A stretch of DNA of 64,000 bases from Tubulanus polymorphus (taxonomy: Eukaryota > Animalia > Nemertea): NCBI RefSeq assembly GCF_964204645.1, contig NC_134025.1, forward strand, positions 18,079,101 to 18,143,100, in the 5' to 3' direction. Shown one piece after another: positions 22,650 to 37,116 of this stretch. The notes under the pieces were generated by a model. It was not told where the DNA came from, searched no databases, and saw nothing but the letters and a program-made list of their open reading frames with translations. Position 1 is the first letter of the stretch. Every line of letters starts with the position of its first letter. The position numbers and the translations under genes are program-made.

Positions 22650-24405
22650 CGCGACAATTCAATATTTTGGTTTTGTCGCCCGCGACAATTCATTATTTTG
22701 GTTTTATCGCCCGCGACAATTCAATATTTTGGTTTTATCGCCCGCGATAATTCATTAATTTGGTTTTATCGCCCGGGTCAATTCAATATTTTGTTTTTAT
22801 CGCCCGCCACAATTCATTATTTTGGCTTTGTCGCCCGAGACCATTCATTATTTTGGTTTCATCGCCCGCGTCAATTCATTATTCTGGTTTTGTCGCCCGC
22901 GACAATTCATAATTTTGATTATGTCGCCCACGACGATTCAATATCTTGTTTTTGTCGCCCGAGACAATTCATTATTTTGGTTTTATCGCCCGCGACAATT
23001 CATTAGTTTGGTTTTGTCGCCCGCGACAATTCAATATTTTGGTTTTGTCGCCCACGAAAATTCAATATTTTGGTTTTATCGCCCGCGACAATTCATTACT
23101 TTTGTTTTATCGCCACCGACAATTCATTATTTTGGTTTTGTCGCCCGCGACAATTCATTATTTTGGTTTTATATTTTGTTTTTGTCGCCCGCGACAATTT
23201 TCTTTTTTGGTTTTATCGCCTGCGACAATTCAATATTTTTGTTTTATCGCCCGCGATTATTCATTATTTTTGTTTTGTCGCCTGAGACAATTCATTATTT
23301 TGGTTTTATCGCCCGCAACAATTCATTATTACGGTTTTATCGCCCGCGACAATTCATTGTTTTAGTTTTGTCGCTCGCGACAATTCACCATTTTGGTTTT
23401 GTCGCCCGCGACAATTCACCTTTTTGGTTTTGTCGCCCGCGACAATTCACCATTTTGGTTTTGTCGCCCGCGACAATTCATTATTTTGGTTTTATCGCCC
23501 GCGACAATTCATTAATTTTTATTTATAGCCCGCGACAATTCATTATTTTTGTTTTGTCGCCCCGACAATTCTTTTTTTGGTTTTGTCGCCCGCAACAATT
23601 CAATATTTTGGTTTAGTCGCCCGTGACAATTCAATATTTTGGTTTTGTCGCCCGCGACAATTCATTAATTTTGATTTATAGCCCGCGACAATTCATTATT
23701 TTTGTTTTGTCGGCCCGACAATTCTTTTTTTGGTTTTGTCGCCCGCGACAATTCATTAGTTTGGTTTTGTCGCCCGCGACAATTCATTAGTTTGGTTTTG
23801 TCGCCCGCGACAATTCAATATTTTGGTTTTGTCGCCCACGAAAATTCAATATTTTGGTTTTATCGCCCGCGACAATTCATTACTTTGGTTTTATCGCCAC
23901 CGACAATTCATTATTTTGGTTTTGTCGCCCGCGACAATTCATTATTTTGGTTTTATATTTTGTTTTTGTCGCCCGCGACAATTTTCTTTTTTGGTTTTAT
24001 CGCCTGCGACAATTCAATCATTATTTTTGTTTTGTCGCCTGAGACAATTCATTATTTTGGTTTTATCGCCCGCGACAATTCATTATTTTAGTTTTGTCAC
24101 TTCCGACAATTCACCATTTTGGTTTTGTCGCCGCGACAAATCACCTTTTTGGTTTTGTCGCCCGCGACAATTCACCATTTTGGTTTTGTCGCCCGCGACA
24201 ATTCATTATTTTGGTTTTATCGCCCGCGACAATTCATTAATTTTGATTTATAGCCCGCGACAATTTATTATTTTTGTTTTGTCGCCCCGACAATTCTTTT
24301 TTTGGTTTTGTCGCCCGCAACAATTCAATATTTTGGTTTAGTCGCCCGCGACAATTCAATATTTTGGTTTTATCGCCCGCGACAATTCATAATTTTGGTT
24401 TTGTC
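22650..24405 (+). repeat. 31-bp satellite array 1
   Basis: Unit TTTTGGTTTTGTCGCCCGCGACAATTCATTA, about 55 copies. Confidence 0.95.
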
Positions 24406-25579
24406 GGAACATTAAGTTTTTTGGTCGAACAGTGTGTTAAGGTCGTTTTGGAAATTTACTCGGTCTGGTATATTTTGGATTACTGTGTATGTCATTTGTC
24501 AGGACATTAAACAGAAGACGACTTAGGATACTACCTTGCGTGACTCCACTAGTTAGACCGTCTCATTCCAAGATGAGGCGTTCCGTTGATTTCGGTTACA
24601 AGTTTCCGTTCAGAGATAACTGCTGTGCCATTTGGGCGACCTATCATTGATACTGTTTCCTAATAGCCTGTTCAGTAATGGCTGATGTTGAGCCTTATCA
24701 AATGCTTTGTTGAAATCCACCGTTGAACAGGATTCTAAGACTGTGCAGAAAACCCGTTATCGCTGCTTTGCAGCTATATTTATTATTATTATTTTCTTCC
24801 ACACTATTTTTACCAAAAGAACATAGGCTTTGTTACCTTACCGCTGTTTCATATACAATCCATATAATATCGTTCAGCTCACTGAGATCTACAAATAGCC
24901 CGCGTGTTTTTTCACGAATCATCGTTACAAAAGCGCTGTCGGGCCGTAAACATCGAAAATTTAGCCCCATTCAATGGGGCGACATGTTTTTCGAGTCGTC
25001 ATCCCGAAATCAACCCGCAGGCCGACTGTCACTTCGATTATCAATTCAAGTATAAATGAACTAATTTATTGCCGCAGATTTCACATTCAGTCGCGGTCTT
25101 CAAACAGTGATTTTAACAATAGCCCATTTTCCTCATCAAATCATATTACCGATACACTGGAAATTTACTACTTTAGATTTTAAAAGCACTGTCGAGCCGT
25201 AAACATCGACAAATCGATTGTGTTACTACATCGTCGTTCCGGGGATCAGCTGCGAGTTTCTCCTCATCATGAACCTACGTGAAGTGAGCCTGTTATTCCA
25301 GCCTCGTATTCAGATATAGTGTGTACACACTGTACAGCTGCCTGTAGATACTGGTTGACATGAAATGTATAACTTAGCATGACGGAGCGATGATAACTAA
25401 CGTTAACGTTAGTATATAGCATCGGATACTGATACTCAAATTTCTCTGAAACAAAAACTCCAGGTTTCGTAAAAACTGAGTATATTACTGAGAAGCTCGA
25501 TTGTTCAAGTAGATATATAAAGTAAATGTCGGGTGCATCGATTTGTTCAGGTATTATTTCAACTCACGATTGCATCATT

Positions 25580-27198
25580 CCGCGACAATTCAATATTTTG
25601 GTTTTGTCGCCCGCGACAATTCATTATTTTGGTTTTATCGCCCGCGACAATTCAATATTTTGGTTTTATCGCCCGCGATAATTCATTAATTTGGTTTTAT
25701 CGCCCGGGTCAATTCAATATTTTGTTTTTATCGCCCGCCACAATTCATTATTTTGGCTTTGTCGCCCGAGACCATTCATTATTTTGGTTTCATCGCCCGC
25801 GTCAATTCATTATTTTGGTTTTGTCGCCCGCGACAATTCATTATTTTGATTTTGTCGCCCACGACGATTCAATATCTTGTTTTTGTCGCCCGAGACAATT
25901 CATTATTTTGGTTTTATCGCCCGCGACAATTCATTAGTTTGGTTTTGTCGCCCGCGACAATTCAATATTTTGGTTTTGTCGCCCACGAAAATTCAATATT
26001 TTGGTTTTATCGCCCGCGACAATTCATTACTTTTGTTTTATCGCCACCGACAATTCATTATTTTGGTTTTGTCGCCCGCGACAATTCATTATTTTGGTTT
26101 TATATTTTGTTTTTGTCGCCCGCGACAATTTTCTTTTTTGGTTTTATCGCCTGCGACAATTCAATATTTTTGTTTTATCGCCCGCGATTATTCATTATTT
26201 TTGTTTTGTCGCCTGAGACAATTCATTATATTGGTTTTATCGCCCGCAACAATTCATTATTACGGTTTTATCGCCCGCAACAATTCATTGTTTTAGTTTT
26301 GTCGCTCGCGACAATTCACCATTTTGGTTTTGTCGCCCGCGACAATTCACCTTTTTGATTTTGTCGCCCGCGACAATTCACCATTTTGGTTTTGTCGCCC
26401 GCGACAATTCATTATTTTGGTTTTATCGCCCGCGACAATTCATTAATTTTGATTTATAGCCCGCGACAATTCATTATTTTTGTTTTGTCGCCCCGACAAT
26501 TCTTCTTTTGGTTTTGTCGCCCGCGACAATTCATTAGTTTGGTTTTGTCGCCCGCGACAATTCATTAGTTTGGTTTTGTCGCCCGCGACAATTCAATATT
26601 TTGGTTTTGTCGCCCACGAAAATTCAATATTTTGGTTTTATCGCCCGCGACAATTCATTACTTTGGTTTTATCGCCACCGACAATTCATTATTTTGGTTT
26701 TGTCGCCCGCGACAATTCATTATTTTGGTTTTATATTTTGTTTTTGTCGCCCGCGACAATTTTCTTTTTTGGTTTTATCGCCTGCGACAATTCAATCATT
26801 ATTTTTGTTTTGTCGCCTGAGACAATTCATTATTTTGGTTTTATCGCCCGCAACAATTCATTATTACGGTTTTATCGCCCGCGACAATTCATTATTTTAG
26901 TTTTGTCGCTTCCGACAATTCACCATTTTGGTTTTGTCGCCCGCGACAATTCATTATTTTGGTTTTATCGCCCGCGACAATTCATTAATTTTGATTTATA
27001 GCCCGCGACAATTTATTATTTTTGTTTTGTCGCCCCGACAATTCTGGGCGACAATTCTTTTTTTGGTTTTGTCGCCCGCAACAATTCAATATTTTGGTTT
27101 AGTCGCCCGCGACAATTCAATATTTTGGTTTTGTCGCCCGTGACAATTCAATATTTTGGTTTTGTCACCCGCGACAATTCATAATTTTGGTTTGGTCG
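25580..27198 (+). repeat. 31-bp satellite array 2
   Basis: Same unit. Variant order nearly identical to array 1. Confidence 0.95.
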
Positions 27199-28371
27199 GA
27201 ACATTAAGTTTTTTGGTCGAACAGTGTGTTAAGGTCGTTTTGGAAATTTACTCGGTCTGGTATATTTTGGATTACTGTGTATGTCATTTGTCAGGACATT
27301 AAACAGAAGACGACTTAGGATACTACCTTGCGTGACTCCACTAGTTAGACCGTCTCATTCCAAGATGAGGCGTTCCGTTGATTTCGGTTACAAGTTTCCG
27401 TTCAGAGATAACTGCTGTGCCATTTGGGCGACCTATCATTGATACTGTTTCCTAATAGCCTGTTCAGTAATGGCTGATGTTGAGCCTTATCAAATGCTTT
27501 GTTGAAATCCACCGTTGAACAGGATTCTAAGACTGTGCAGAAAACCCGTTATCGCTGCTTTGCAGCTATATTTATTATTATTATTTTCTTCCACACTATT
27601 TTTACCAAAAGAACATAGGCTTTGTTACCTTACCGCTGTTTCATATACAATCCATATAATATCGTTCAGCTCACTGAGATCTACAAATAGCCCGCGTGTT
27701 TTTTCACGAATCATCGTTACAAAAGCGCTGTCGGGCCGTAAACATCGAAAATTTAGCCCCATTCAATGGGGCGACATGTTTTTCGAGTCGTCATCCCGAA
27801 ATCAACCCGCAGGCCGACTGTCACTTCGATTATCAATTCAAGTATAAATGAACTAATTTATTGCCGCAGACTTCACATTCAGTCGTGGTCTTCAAACAGT
27901 GATTTTAACAATAGCCCATTTTCCTCATCAAATCATATTACCGATACACTGGAAATTTACTACATTAGATTTTAAAAGCACTGTCGAGCCGTAAACATCG
28001 ACGAATCGACGTGTGTTACTACATCGTCGTTCCGGGGATCAGCTGCGAGTTTCTCCTCAGCATGAACCTACGTGAAGTGAGCCTGTTATTCCAGCCTCGT
28101 ATTCAGATATAGTGTGTACACACTGTACAGCTGCCTGTAGATACTGGTTGACATGAAATGTATAACTTAGCATGACGGAGCGATGATAACTAACGTTAAC
28201 GTTAGTATATAGCATCGGATACTGATACTCAAATTTCTCTGAAACAAAAACTCCAGGTTTCGTAAAAACTGAGTATATTACTGAGTAGGCTCGATTGTTC
28301 AAGTAGATATATAAAGTAAATGTCTGTGCATCGATTTGTTCAGGTATTATTTCAACTCACGATTGCATCAT

Positions 28372-30568
28372 TCCGCGACAATTCATTGTTTTGGTTTTGT
28401 CGCCCGCGACAATTTATTATTTTGGTTTTATCGCCCGCGACAATTCAATATTTTGGTTTTATCGCCCGCGATAATTCATTATTTTGGTTTTATCGCCCGC
28501 AACAATTCAATATTTTGTTTTTATCGCCCGCGACAATTCATTATTTTGGTTTTGTCTCCCGAGACCATTCATTTTTTTGGTTTTATCGCCCGCATCAATT
28601 CATTATTTTGGTTTTGTCGCCTGCGACAATTCATTATAATGATTTTGTCGCCCGCGACGATTCAATATCTTGTTTTTGTCGTCCGAAACAATTCATTATT
28701 TTGGTTTTATCGCCCGCGACAATTCATTAGTTTGGTTTTGTCGCCCGCGACAATTCATTATTTTGGTTTTATCGCCCGCGACAATTCATTAATTTTGATT
28801 TATCGCCCGCGACAATTCATTATTTTTGTTTTGTCGCCCGCGACAATTCATTATTTTGATTTTGTCGCCCGCGACGATTCAATATTTTGTTTTTGTCGCC
28901 CGAGACGATTCATTATTTTGGTTTTATCGCCCGCGACGATTCAATATTTTTGTGTTATCGCCCGCGACAATTCATTAGTTTGGTTTTGTCGCCCACGACA
29001 ATTCAATATTTTGGTTTTGCCGCCCGCGACAATTATTTTTCAGTCCACTTGGGACTTTAGTCCCAGCGGGCTATTGCGTTCACTTTTCGTCCGTCCGTCC
29101 GTCCATAGACGGAATCCAGTTATTTTGGGAAGTTTTGAAGACGCTTCAAGGTAATGTCTTGATATTTGGTTTATACATGTATCTACCCTAGACACATCGT
29201 CAGCCCAAAAACTGGCCCTGTCAGATTCAAGATGGCCGACTGGCAGCCATTGTTGTTTGCCAAAATCGGCACTTTTTAAACATTTTCGAAGTTTTCGTGG
29301 GAAATTTTGAAGACGCTTTGATCAATTACCTTGATCATTCGTTTATATTTGAATCTACCAAAGGCCCATCAGCATAAGAAAATTGGGTCGATCTGACTCA
29401 AGATGGCCGTCCTATGACCTTTTTAGTGCCCAAAAATGTCAATTTTGGCCAGAATTCTAGGTCACGTAGCTTCCTACTGGTTTGCCATTTCTCATTGCAA
29501 TTGCTGATGGGTATTCTTCAGAGAGGGATGTTTTATACCTGGGACAGGTATCTTTGATCAGCTAATTATAACGCAATTGGCGGCCATCTTGGTGTCATCA
29601 GTACTCATTCGTAGGTGGGAAAAAGTTTTTCCACATTAAATTGATACCTAAGCATATTGTGTTACTATATTCAATTGGAAAGTTGTAGCCCATAACGTGT
29701 TCTATGATTTTGGTGAGTTTCAAGGGCATTGGTTTTTGTATGTGGCCATCAGGGGGCGTTGAATAATACAATAACTTAGTATTGCTATATTTGTACCAAG
29801 GCATATTTTGTTACCATGATCAATTGCAAAGTTGTAGTTCATGACATCGTCTATGATTGTGGTGAGTTTTTAAGGACATTAGTTATTCCATATAGTCACC
29901 AGGGGGCGTTGAATAGTAGAATGGCTTAGTATTTCCGCATTAGATTGGTACCTAGGCATATTTTGTTACTATGATCAATTGCAAAGTTGTATTTCATGAC
30001 ATGTACTACGATTGGGGTGAGTTTTAAGGTCATTGGGTTTTGCATATGGTCACCAGGGGGCGTTGAATAGTAGAATAACTTAGTATTTCCATATTAAATT
30101 GGTAACGAGGCATATTTTGTTATCACAATCGATTACAAAATCATAGCTGCTCACATGTTCTATGATTGTGGCGGGTTTCAAGGTCATTGGTTTTTGTATA
30201 TGGTCACTAGAGGGCGTTATGTATTGAAATTGTTAGATTGTTGAGCATTTGAAACCACTTCCCAAGTGAGCATGGTGTCCCTGGACCCCTAGTTTGGTTT
30301 TGTCGCCCGCGACAATTCATTATTTTGGTTTTGTCGCACGCAACAATTCAATATTTTGTTTTTGTCGTCCGCGACAATTCATTATTTTGGTTTTATCGCC
30401 CGCGACAATTCAATATTTTGGTTTTATCGCCCCCGACAATTCATTATTTTGGTTTTTATCGCCCACGACAATTCATTATTTTTGTTTTGTCGCCCGTGAC
30501 AATTCAATATTTTGGTTTTGTCACCCGCGACAATTCATAATTTTGGTTTTGTCACCCGTGGTTTTGAC
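28372..30568 (+). repeat. 31-bp satellite array 3, interrupted at 29036-30296
   Basis: Same unit on both sides of a family II HINE. Confidence 0.92.
29036..30296 (+). mobile_element. Family II HINE inserted in a T-run of the 31-bp satellite
   Basis: 5' GTCCACTTGGGACTTTAGTCCCAG, (GTCC)n, ~150-bp internal repeats, 3' CCCAAGTGAGCATGGTGTCCCTGGACCCCTAGTT. No TSD. Confidence 0.85.
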
Positions 30569-33500
30569 GGAACATTAAGTTTTTTGGTCGAACAGTGTAT
30601 TAAGGTCGTTTTGGAAATTTACTCGGTCTGGTATATTTTGGATTACTGTGTATGTCATTTGTCAGGACATTAAACAGAAGACGACTTAGGATACTACCTT
30701 GCGTGACTCTACTAGTTAGACCGTCTCATTCCAAGATGAGGCGTTCCGTTGATTTCGGTTACAAGTTTCCGTTCAGAGATAACTGCTGAGCCATTTGGGC
30801 GACCTATCATTGATACTGTTTCCTAATAGCCTGTTTAGTAATGGCTGATGTTGAGCCTTATCAAATGCTTTGTTAAAATCCACCGTTGAACAGGATTCTA
30901 AGACTGTGCAGAAAACCCGTTACCGCTGCTTTGCAGCTATATTTTTGATTACTTTCTTTCCAGCTATTACTCGTGGAATGAACTGGGCACTACGGTCTTC
31001 AATTCCTTTGCGGATTCTTGCAGGAATATTAAACCACAGTGCGCAAATGTATGTTTCAAATAAGGCTTTTTCGACATTGACAGCCAAAGACGTAACTTAA
31101 CACGCTAACTTAAGCGCAACCGTCTCAGATGCTGTAAGTACTTGACGTTTTGCGTAATTTTTTTTTTTTGTAATGCAATATTTGGATTAGTAATCAGTCG
31201 TGCTAACGTACATGCAGAATTGGATTCATTGTAATGGGATGATAATTCATGGGCGTCACGAGTCCTGCGACATACCCTTGATATGAAGCTTTTTTAATGT
31301 TAATCATTGACTTGTTTTGGAGTAAACTGAATATCCCTTAAAATACCAATGCCACGTGGCTTGGTGTCTATGCTCTACGAGACTGTAGTAATAGATTTTC
31401 ACAACAAACTCATGATTTCAAATAGTCTCCTAAGATATCTATATGTTATTTCGCTCCTTACCTAAGTAGTTCTTACATTTGATTGCTTAATTACAGATGG
31501 AAAGAGGTCAGATGGCATGAAAATCGACTGTGGCTGACTAATTGGCACGAGTAACCAAAATGCTTCAATCATCAGGGGTAGACAAATTAGCCGAAGATGA
31601 ATGAAAACTTCACCTTGATGATCATCAGTTGATTTTGCTATCATTATTTGCCTGGATATATCCTTCATTTCAAAATCTGTCTTCAGTAGAATTTCTTTCA
31701 ATAAAATATTTTGAAGATTGAATTTGAATTGATCTTAAAACCAGAGAAAGCATTCAGAAATTTAGAAAATCCTTGACTCATAGGCCTAATCAAATTCTGT
31801 GAAGTCAGTTAAGGTATTTTGGGTCGAATCAAGCCGAGGGCTCAGGTGACTAAAACTCAATTCCTCACTGTCTTATAATGCCGAGTACGATGGAGTTTAC
31901 ACACTGAATAACGTTGGGCTGTGTAAGTGTAATTTGGATAAGTCCACAATATAATGACCGCCCTGCCCCGCTGCATCTGAGACGTCAACAAGTTAGACTG
32001 TATTGCTTCGATGACAAACTAACTCCTACGCAAGATGACCATCCAATTCAAATGTAAATTAAGAAAGAAAACAACAAAACTAGTTGCGTTGATCAACAAA
32101 AATAAATCAATAGTTTATTACAATACTTCAATTTCAAAATAAGGATAGGAAAAAATTGAACAATAAGTGTGTTTGCCATGCGTCTTTAAATATTTCCCAA
32201 GAATATGTCTTTGTCTGGCCACCACCTGCCTCGACGTCAGACTTTTTCGAGATTTTCGCTAAAAATACGAAACAAGACAAAATTGATGGATGGGAATCAT
32301 ACATGCTACATTCACTTTTACTGCGAACATTGGAATGAGCTAAAGCAATTTTCTAGGAGGAAAAATTTAGTCAAATGATTTTTTTACATATTACATCACT
32401 TACAACGATAAACGTCCGTCGCCGACTGATTCACAAAAACTTCCGCATTGAGAGCGCCACCGCACCAATTCAAATTGGATCGGAAACCCTCCAGCGATGC
32501 ACTCTATGATTTTTAGAACCTGTCTTTGCTGACTGGGAATAAGATATTTCTCAGCGCGAAGGGGGTGGGGCACAGCGTCACCAGGTCCCGCTCCGCGAGG
32601 AAGCTAGATTTTCAAAGAAATGAGTGCACGCGACAGCCGTGACCACTTGTTAGTGACGTCATCAAGAATGATGGCTCCGAGGATCGCCACATCACAGGTT
32701 ACTGTGAATAAATGGGATTCGACCATTCAAAAGTTCAAAATGTACTTTCTTGTTTTGTAAAACAAGTTTATTCATGTCGTTATATAAAGCATTTTGTTTG
32801 AAACATTCTTTTATAATGTTTGTTGAGTTTAAAGCCAATTGTCGTTGTGTAATTCGATACTGGTCACTGACATCAAAGTTTTAGTTTCTGTTCACACAAC
32901 TTGTATGTTCTATCTTTTAATACAGGCCATGCGTATCACTCCATTAGTTTAAAAAGAGAGCACATATTTCGATATTGTTAAATAATTAACTACATTTTTT
33001 TCTGTCACACGTTGATTTTTACCCATCACCTATAAAATTCAAATGTACGTGATGTATTCTGTAAGCTATGTAAGCTTGTTCTTAAAAATACACTATGAAT
33101 TTTCAATTTGTACTGACCATAATAGTTTATTTTTCGTAAATAAAATTTATATTTTAATTAAATAATTTCAAAATCTTTTCTATGCCCTCTGCAACAGAAA
33201 GTTACTAAGGACTATTACATATTCAGATGTACGTTGATAATTTATTTCAATCCTCCCTTCAAATAATTGAACATTATTTCGGAAGATGCAGGTGGCGCAC
33301 AATCATAATACATACAACTCATCAAGCTGACGAGTCGTTTCCGTAACCAATGTTACAGACGGGTAACCAATCTACTCGACTCCGCAGACAATAAACGACC
33401 CGAGTAACCCCCAATTTGACTATAACTATAAATTATGTTATGTTTAACCGCATTGGTGTGACTTGACACGTCAAATGCGTATCCCGTATTGATATATTTC

Positions 33501-35176
33501 TATTATCCACTTTTCAAACTATGAATAGCACGCCTGCTCAAAAAACCCGTTATCGCTGCTTTGCAGCTATATTTAGGGTTTTCTGTTTCTTCACAGCAAA
33601 CCCTATTGAAATTCGCGTGATTATTATTATTTTTTTCCCTTTTCCACATAGTTTTTGTTAAAAGTGTAAAGGCTTCCTTACCTTACCGCTGTCGCCGATA
33701 CAATCCGTATGATGTCCTTCAGCTCACTTCAATCTCCAGATACTGCATGGGAATTTTGATAAATCCACGTTATAAAGGCACTGTCGAGCCGTAAACATCC
33801 GAAATTTGGCTCCATTCAATTAGTAGCCATGTTGTGTTTTCTTACCGATATTTCTCTCTTCTTTTCGAGGAAGAGCTATCGAATAATTCCCTCTCTTCTC
33901 CACAATCAATTTCAAAGTCAATTTTATGAATTTATTGCTCAGCGGGTCCGAGTCCAAGAGTTTACGAGTCCGGCGTTCGCGTGTCTGACAGGTTTACGGG
34001 CATTTGTTTGTTACCTCTTTAATATTTTTGATTTCTTGTTATTCCGGTTATTTTATTTAAGTATATTGCTGATCAGTTCATGTAACCAAAAGCGTCAATA
34101 AACAGACTTTGAATTGATCAAGTTTAAATCAAGGTCGTTGAGTCGCGGAAGGCTACTAGAATTACGTTGGCATCAGACCACAATTAGGTTAGTAGCTCGA
34201 AGATGCGTAGGGCCGGACCCCAAAAATAGTACCTAGAGTGAAGAAGAGGTCCCCCATAAATGTTGCCATAATTTCTGCAAATGGGATAGGTAACGAATTT
34301 CGGTTATATGTATGAAATCGATTGATCCTGAGAGACAGCTTGATGATGAAATAAGGGATTCCCTGGACTTTTTTTGCTTGGAGTAAGGGTACCAAACACG
34401 GTGGGGGATTCCCTTAGATATTTGGCTCGGATGTACTGGCATACCTGTACTGGGATACCCCTCCTTTCTAAAGGTTTGATTATTTCAAAAGTTAGGTTGG
34501 GTATGTGGGGCGAAAACCACTTCAATGCGTAGTGTAGCGAAACTGGCGGATTTCGCCGTACATTGGCGCTAGATTTGAAATCACCTTCTCCCGGATTTCA
34601 CCGCTCTGCTCCTATCTTATAATATGTTGTCCTGTTCGATGTCTTTTAACTGTATTTATTCGGCGAGACCGTGTTGTATCATTTTATAAATTTTATAAAT
34701 ATACTAACTTAGTATTAGATAAAGTAACTTATGGTTTTTTTATTTAAATCTTTTTGATTTCTATTCGCGCTATTGGTTAACAAGAATTGACTAGAATTCA
34801 AATAGATTTAACAAGAAATTCAATAACTTTAACTGTTAGTATCACTCTTGTATTATTTCATTGTTTCTCTTACTGAATAAGCCAACTAACTAATATCACT
34901 CTTGTATTATCCTAGTTAAATGTAAAGAATTTAAAATATCATACTTGAATGAATTAAAACATAAATTACTTCTGTTACTTCATTTTCAGAAATAAAGCAT
35001 AATATGTATTCAATACCATTAATATGTATTTAATACCATCAATATGTATTTGATATGTATTAAATACATGGTATTAGGGTATCTAATAGGGTATCTAATA
35101 TATTGATACCTCAACCCCCTTTTTTATTAACTTACTAATATATTTTATATTTTCAGCTAATTTAAAAGTCGATTTC

Positions 35177-35491
35177 TTATTTTGATTCATATAATTTTTC
35201 ATCAAGTTCATGAATATACATGTGATTTCTCAAACTCTTTTTATTTTTATATCTTTTATTGCATTTTTCACAGCATTTAATATTATTCAATCTATCTGAA
35301 ATATAATTCATATTTTCTATTAATTCAGTGTATCTAATTTTACAGCAATCATAGAATTCTAACAACTGTTTTATAGTATAAACTGAGAATGAAAATAAAC
35401 CTGTAAGCATAATAATTGATTTAATATTCTGTTGATTTTTATATATTAGATGTAATAAGTTTAATATATTTTCACTCATTTTTATAGTCAA
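35177..35491 (-). CDS. Viral protein with a hydrophobic segment and a C2H2 zinc finger
   Basis: CEKCNKRYKNKKSLRNHMYIH. Confidence 0.6.
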   Translation of the reverse strand: MTIKMSENILNLLHLIYKNQQNIKSIIMLTGLFSFSVYTIKQLLEFYDCCKIRYTELIENMNYISDRLNNIKCCEKCNKRYKNKKSLRNHMYIHELDEKLYESK

Positions 35492-35517
35492 AATATATGA
35501 AATTAAAAGATGCTGTT

Positions 35518-35736
35518 TTAATCCTCTAAATCATTTAAATCATTAACTTTTTTATTGTTATTCTTTCTGTGATTGTTTCCATTTAACTTCTTTAATTTCT
35601 TGCTCAATTTTATATTTTCATTCATCAAATCCTTACTGATATTTTCATAATAAAAGAAAAGCGCAGCCAATATTAATCCGCCTGCTACTAAATAATGTTT
35701 CAAATCACTTTTCCCAGTTGGAATGAAACCATCCAT
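35518..35736 (-). CDS. Small viral single-TM protein
   Basis: YLVAGGLILAALFFYY followed by a basic tail. Preceded by TTTTT-N8-TAAATG. Confidence 0.6.
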   Translation of the reverse strand: MDGFIPTGKSDLKHYLVAGGLILAALFFYYENISKDLMNENIKLSKKLKKLNGNNHRKNNNKKVNDLNDLED

Positions 35737-35855
35737 TTATTTAAGAGAAAAATTAAACAGTTTATAAAATATTTGCTAGTTTTTAATTAAATATTTTATA
35801 ATCATTTTAAAAATATTAAACTTTTAAATGATTAAATCAAATAACAATTAAATTT

Positions 35856-37116
35856 ACAGCCAAACAATTTATCATTTCAACTGTTAAACAATTTATCATT
35901 TCAACTGTCAAAATATTTAATATTTCAACTGTCAAACAATTTATCATTTCAACTACCAAACAATTTATCATTTTAACTGTCAAACAATTTATCATTTCAA
36001 CTGTTAAAATATTTATCATTTTAACTGTCAAACAATTTATCATTTCAACTGTCAAAATATTTATCATTTCAACTGTCTTATCATTTCAACTGTCAAACAA
36101 TTTATCATTTTAACTGTCAAACAATTTATCATTTCAACTGTCAAACAATTTATCATTTCAACTGTCAAACAATTTATCATTTTAACTGTCAAACAATTTA
36201 TCATTTCAACTGTTAAAATATCATTTTAACTGTCAAACAATTTATCATTTCAACTGTCAAAATATTTATCATTTCAACTGTCTTATCATTTCAACTGTCA
36301 AACAATTTATCATTTTAACTGTCAAACAATTTATCATTTCAACTGTCAAACAATTTATCATTTCAACTGTCAAACAATTTATCATTTTAACTGTCAAACA
36401 ATTTATCATTTCAACTGTCAAAATATTTATCATTTCAACTGTTAAACAATTTATCATTTCAACTGTCAAAATATTTATCATTTTAACTGTCAAACAATTT
36501 ATCATTTCAACTGTCAAAATATTTATCATTTCAACTGTCAAAATATTTATCATTTCAACTGTTAAACAATTTATCATTTCAACTGTCAAAATATTTATCA
36601 TTTCAACTGTCAAAATATTTATCATTTCAACTGTTAAAATATTTATCATTTCAACTGTTAAACAATTTATCATTTCAAACAATTTATCATTTTAACTGTC
36701 AAACAATTTAACATTTCAACTGTCAAACAATTTATCATTTCAACTGTCAAACAATTTATCATTTCAACTGCCAAACAATTAATCATTTCAACTGTCAAAC
36801 AATTTATCATTTCAACTGTCAAACAATTTATCATTTCAACTGTCAAACAATTTATCATTTTAACTGTCAAACAATTTATCATTTCAAACAATTTATCATT
36901 TTAACTGTCAAACAATTTATCATTTCAAACAATTTATCATTTTAACTGTCAAACAATTTATCATTTCAACTGTCAAAATATTTATCATTTCAACTGTCAA
37001 AATATCTATCATTTCAACTGTCAAAATATTTATCATTTCAACTGTCAAAATATTTATCATTTCAACTGTCAAAATATTTATCATTTCAACTGTCAAACAA
37101 TTTATCATTTTAACAG
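35856..37116. repeat. 24-bp minisatellite (~50 copies) within virus fragment B
   Basis: Unit AACTGTCAAACAATTTATCATTTC with a variant AACTGTCAAAATATTTATCATTTC. Confidence 0.95.

Noticed and set aside
22650-30568. CRISPR array (31-bp palindromic repeats)
   Set aside because: Units are directly adjacent with no unique spacers, there are no cas genes, and the context is eukaryotic.
22602-30578. Many overlapping ORFs of the type FWFCRPRQFIILVLSPATIHYFGF
   Set aside because: Translation artefacts of the 31-bp satellite, cycling through all three frames.
35837-37108. MINCLTVE repeat proteins
   Set aside because: Product of a 24-bp unit. Frames are broken by non-triplet deletion units and there is no late-type start motif.
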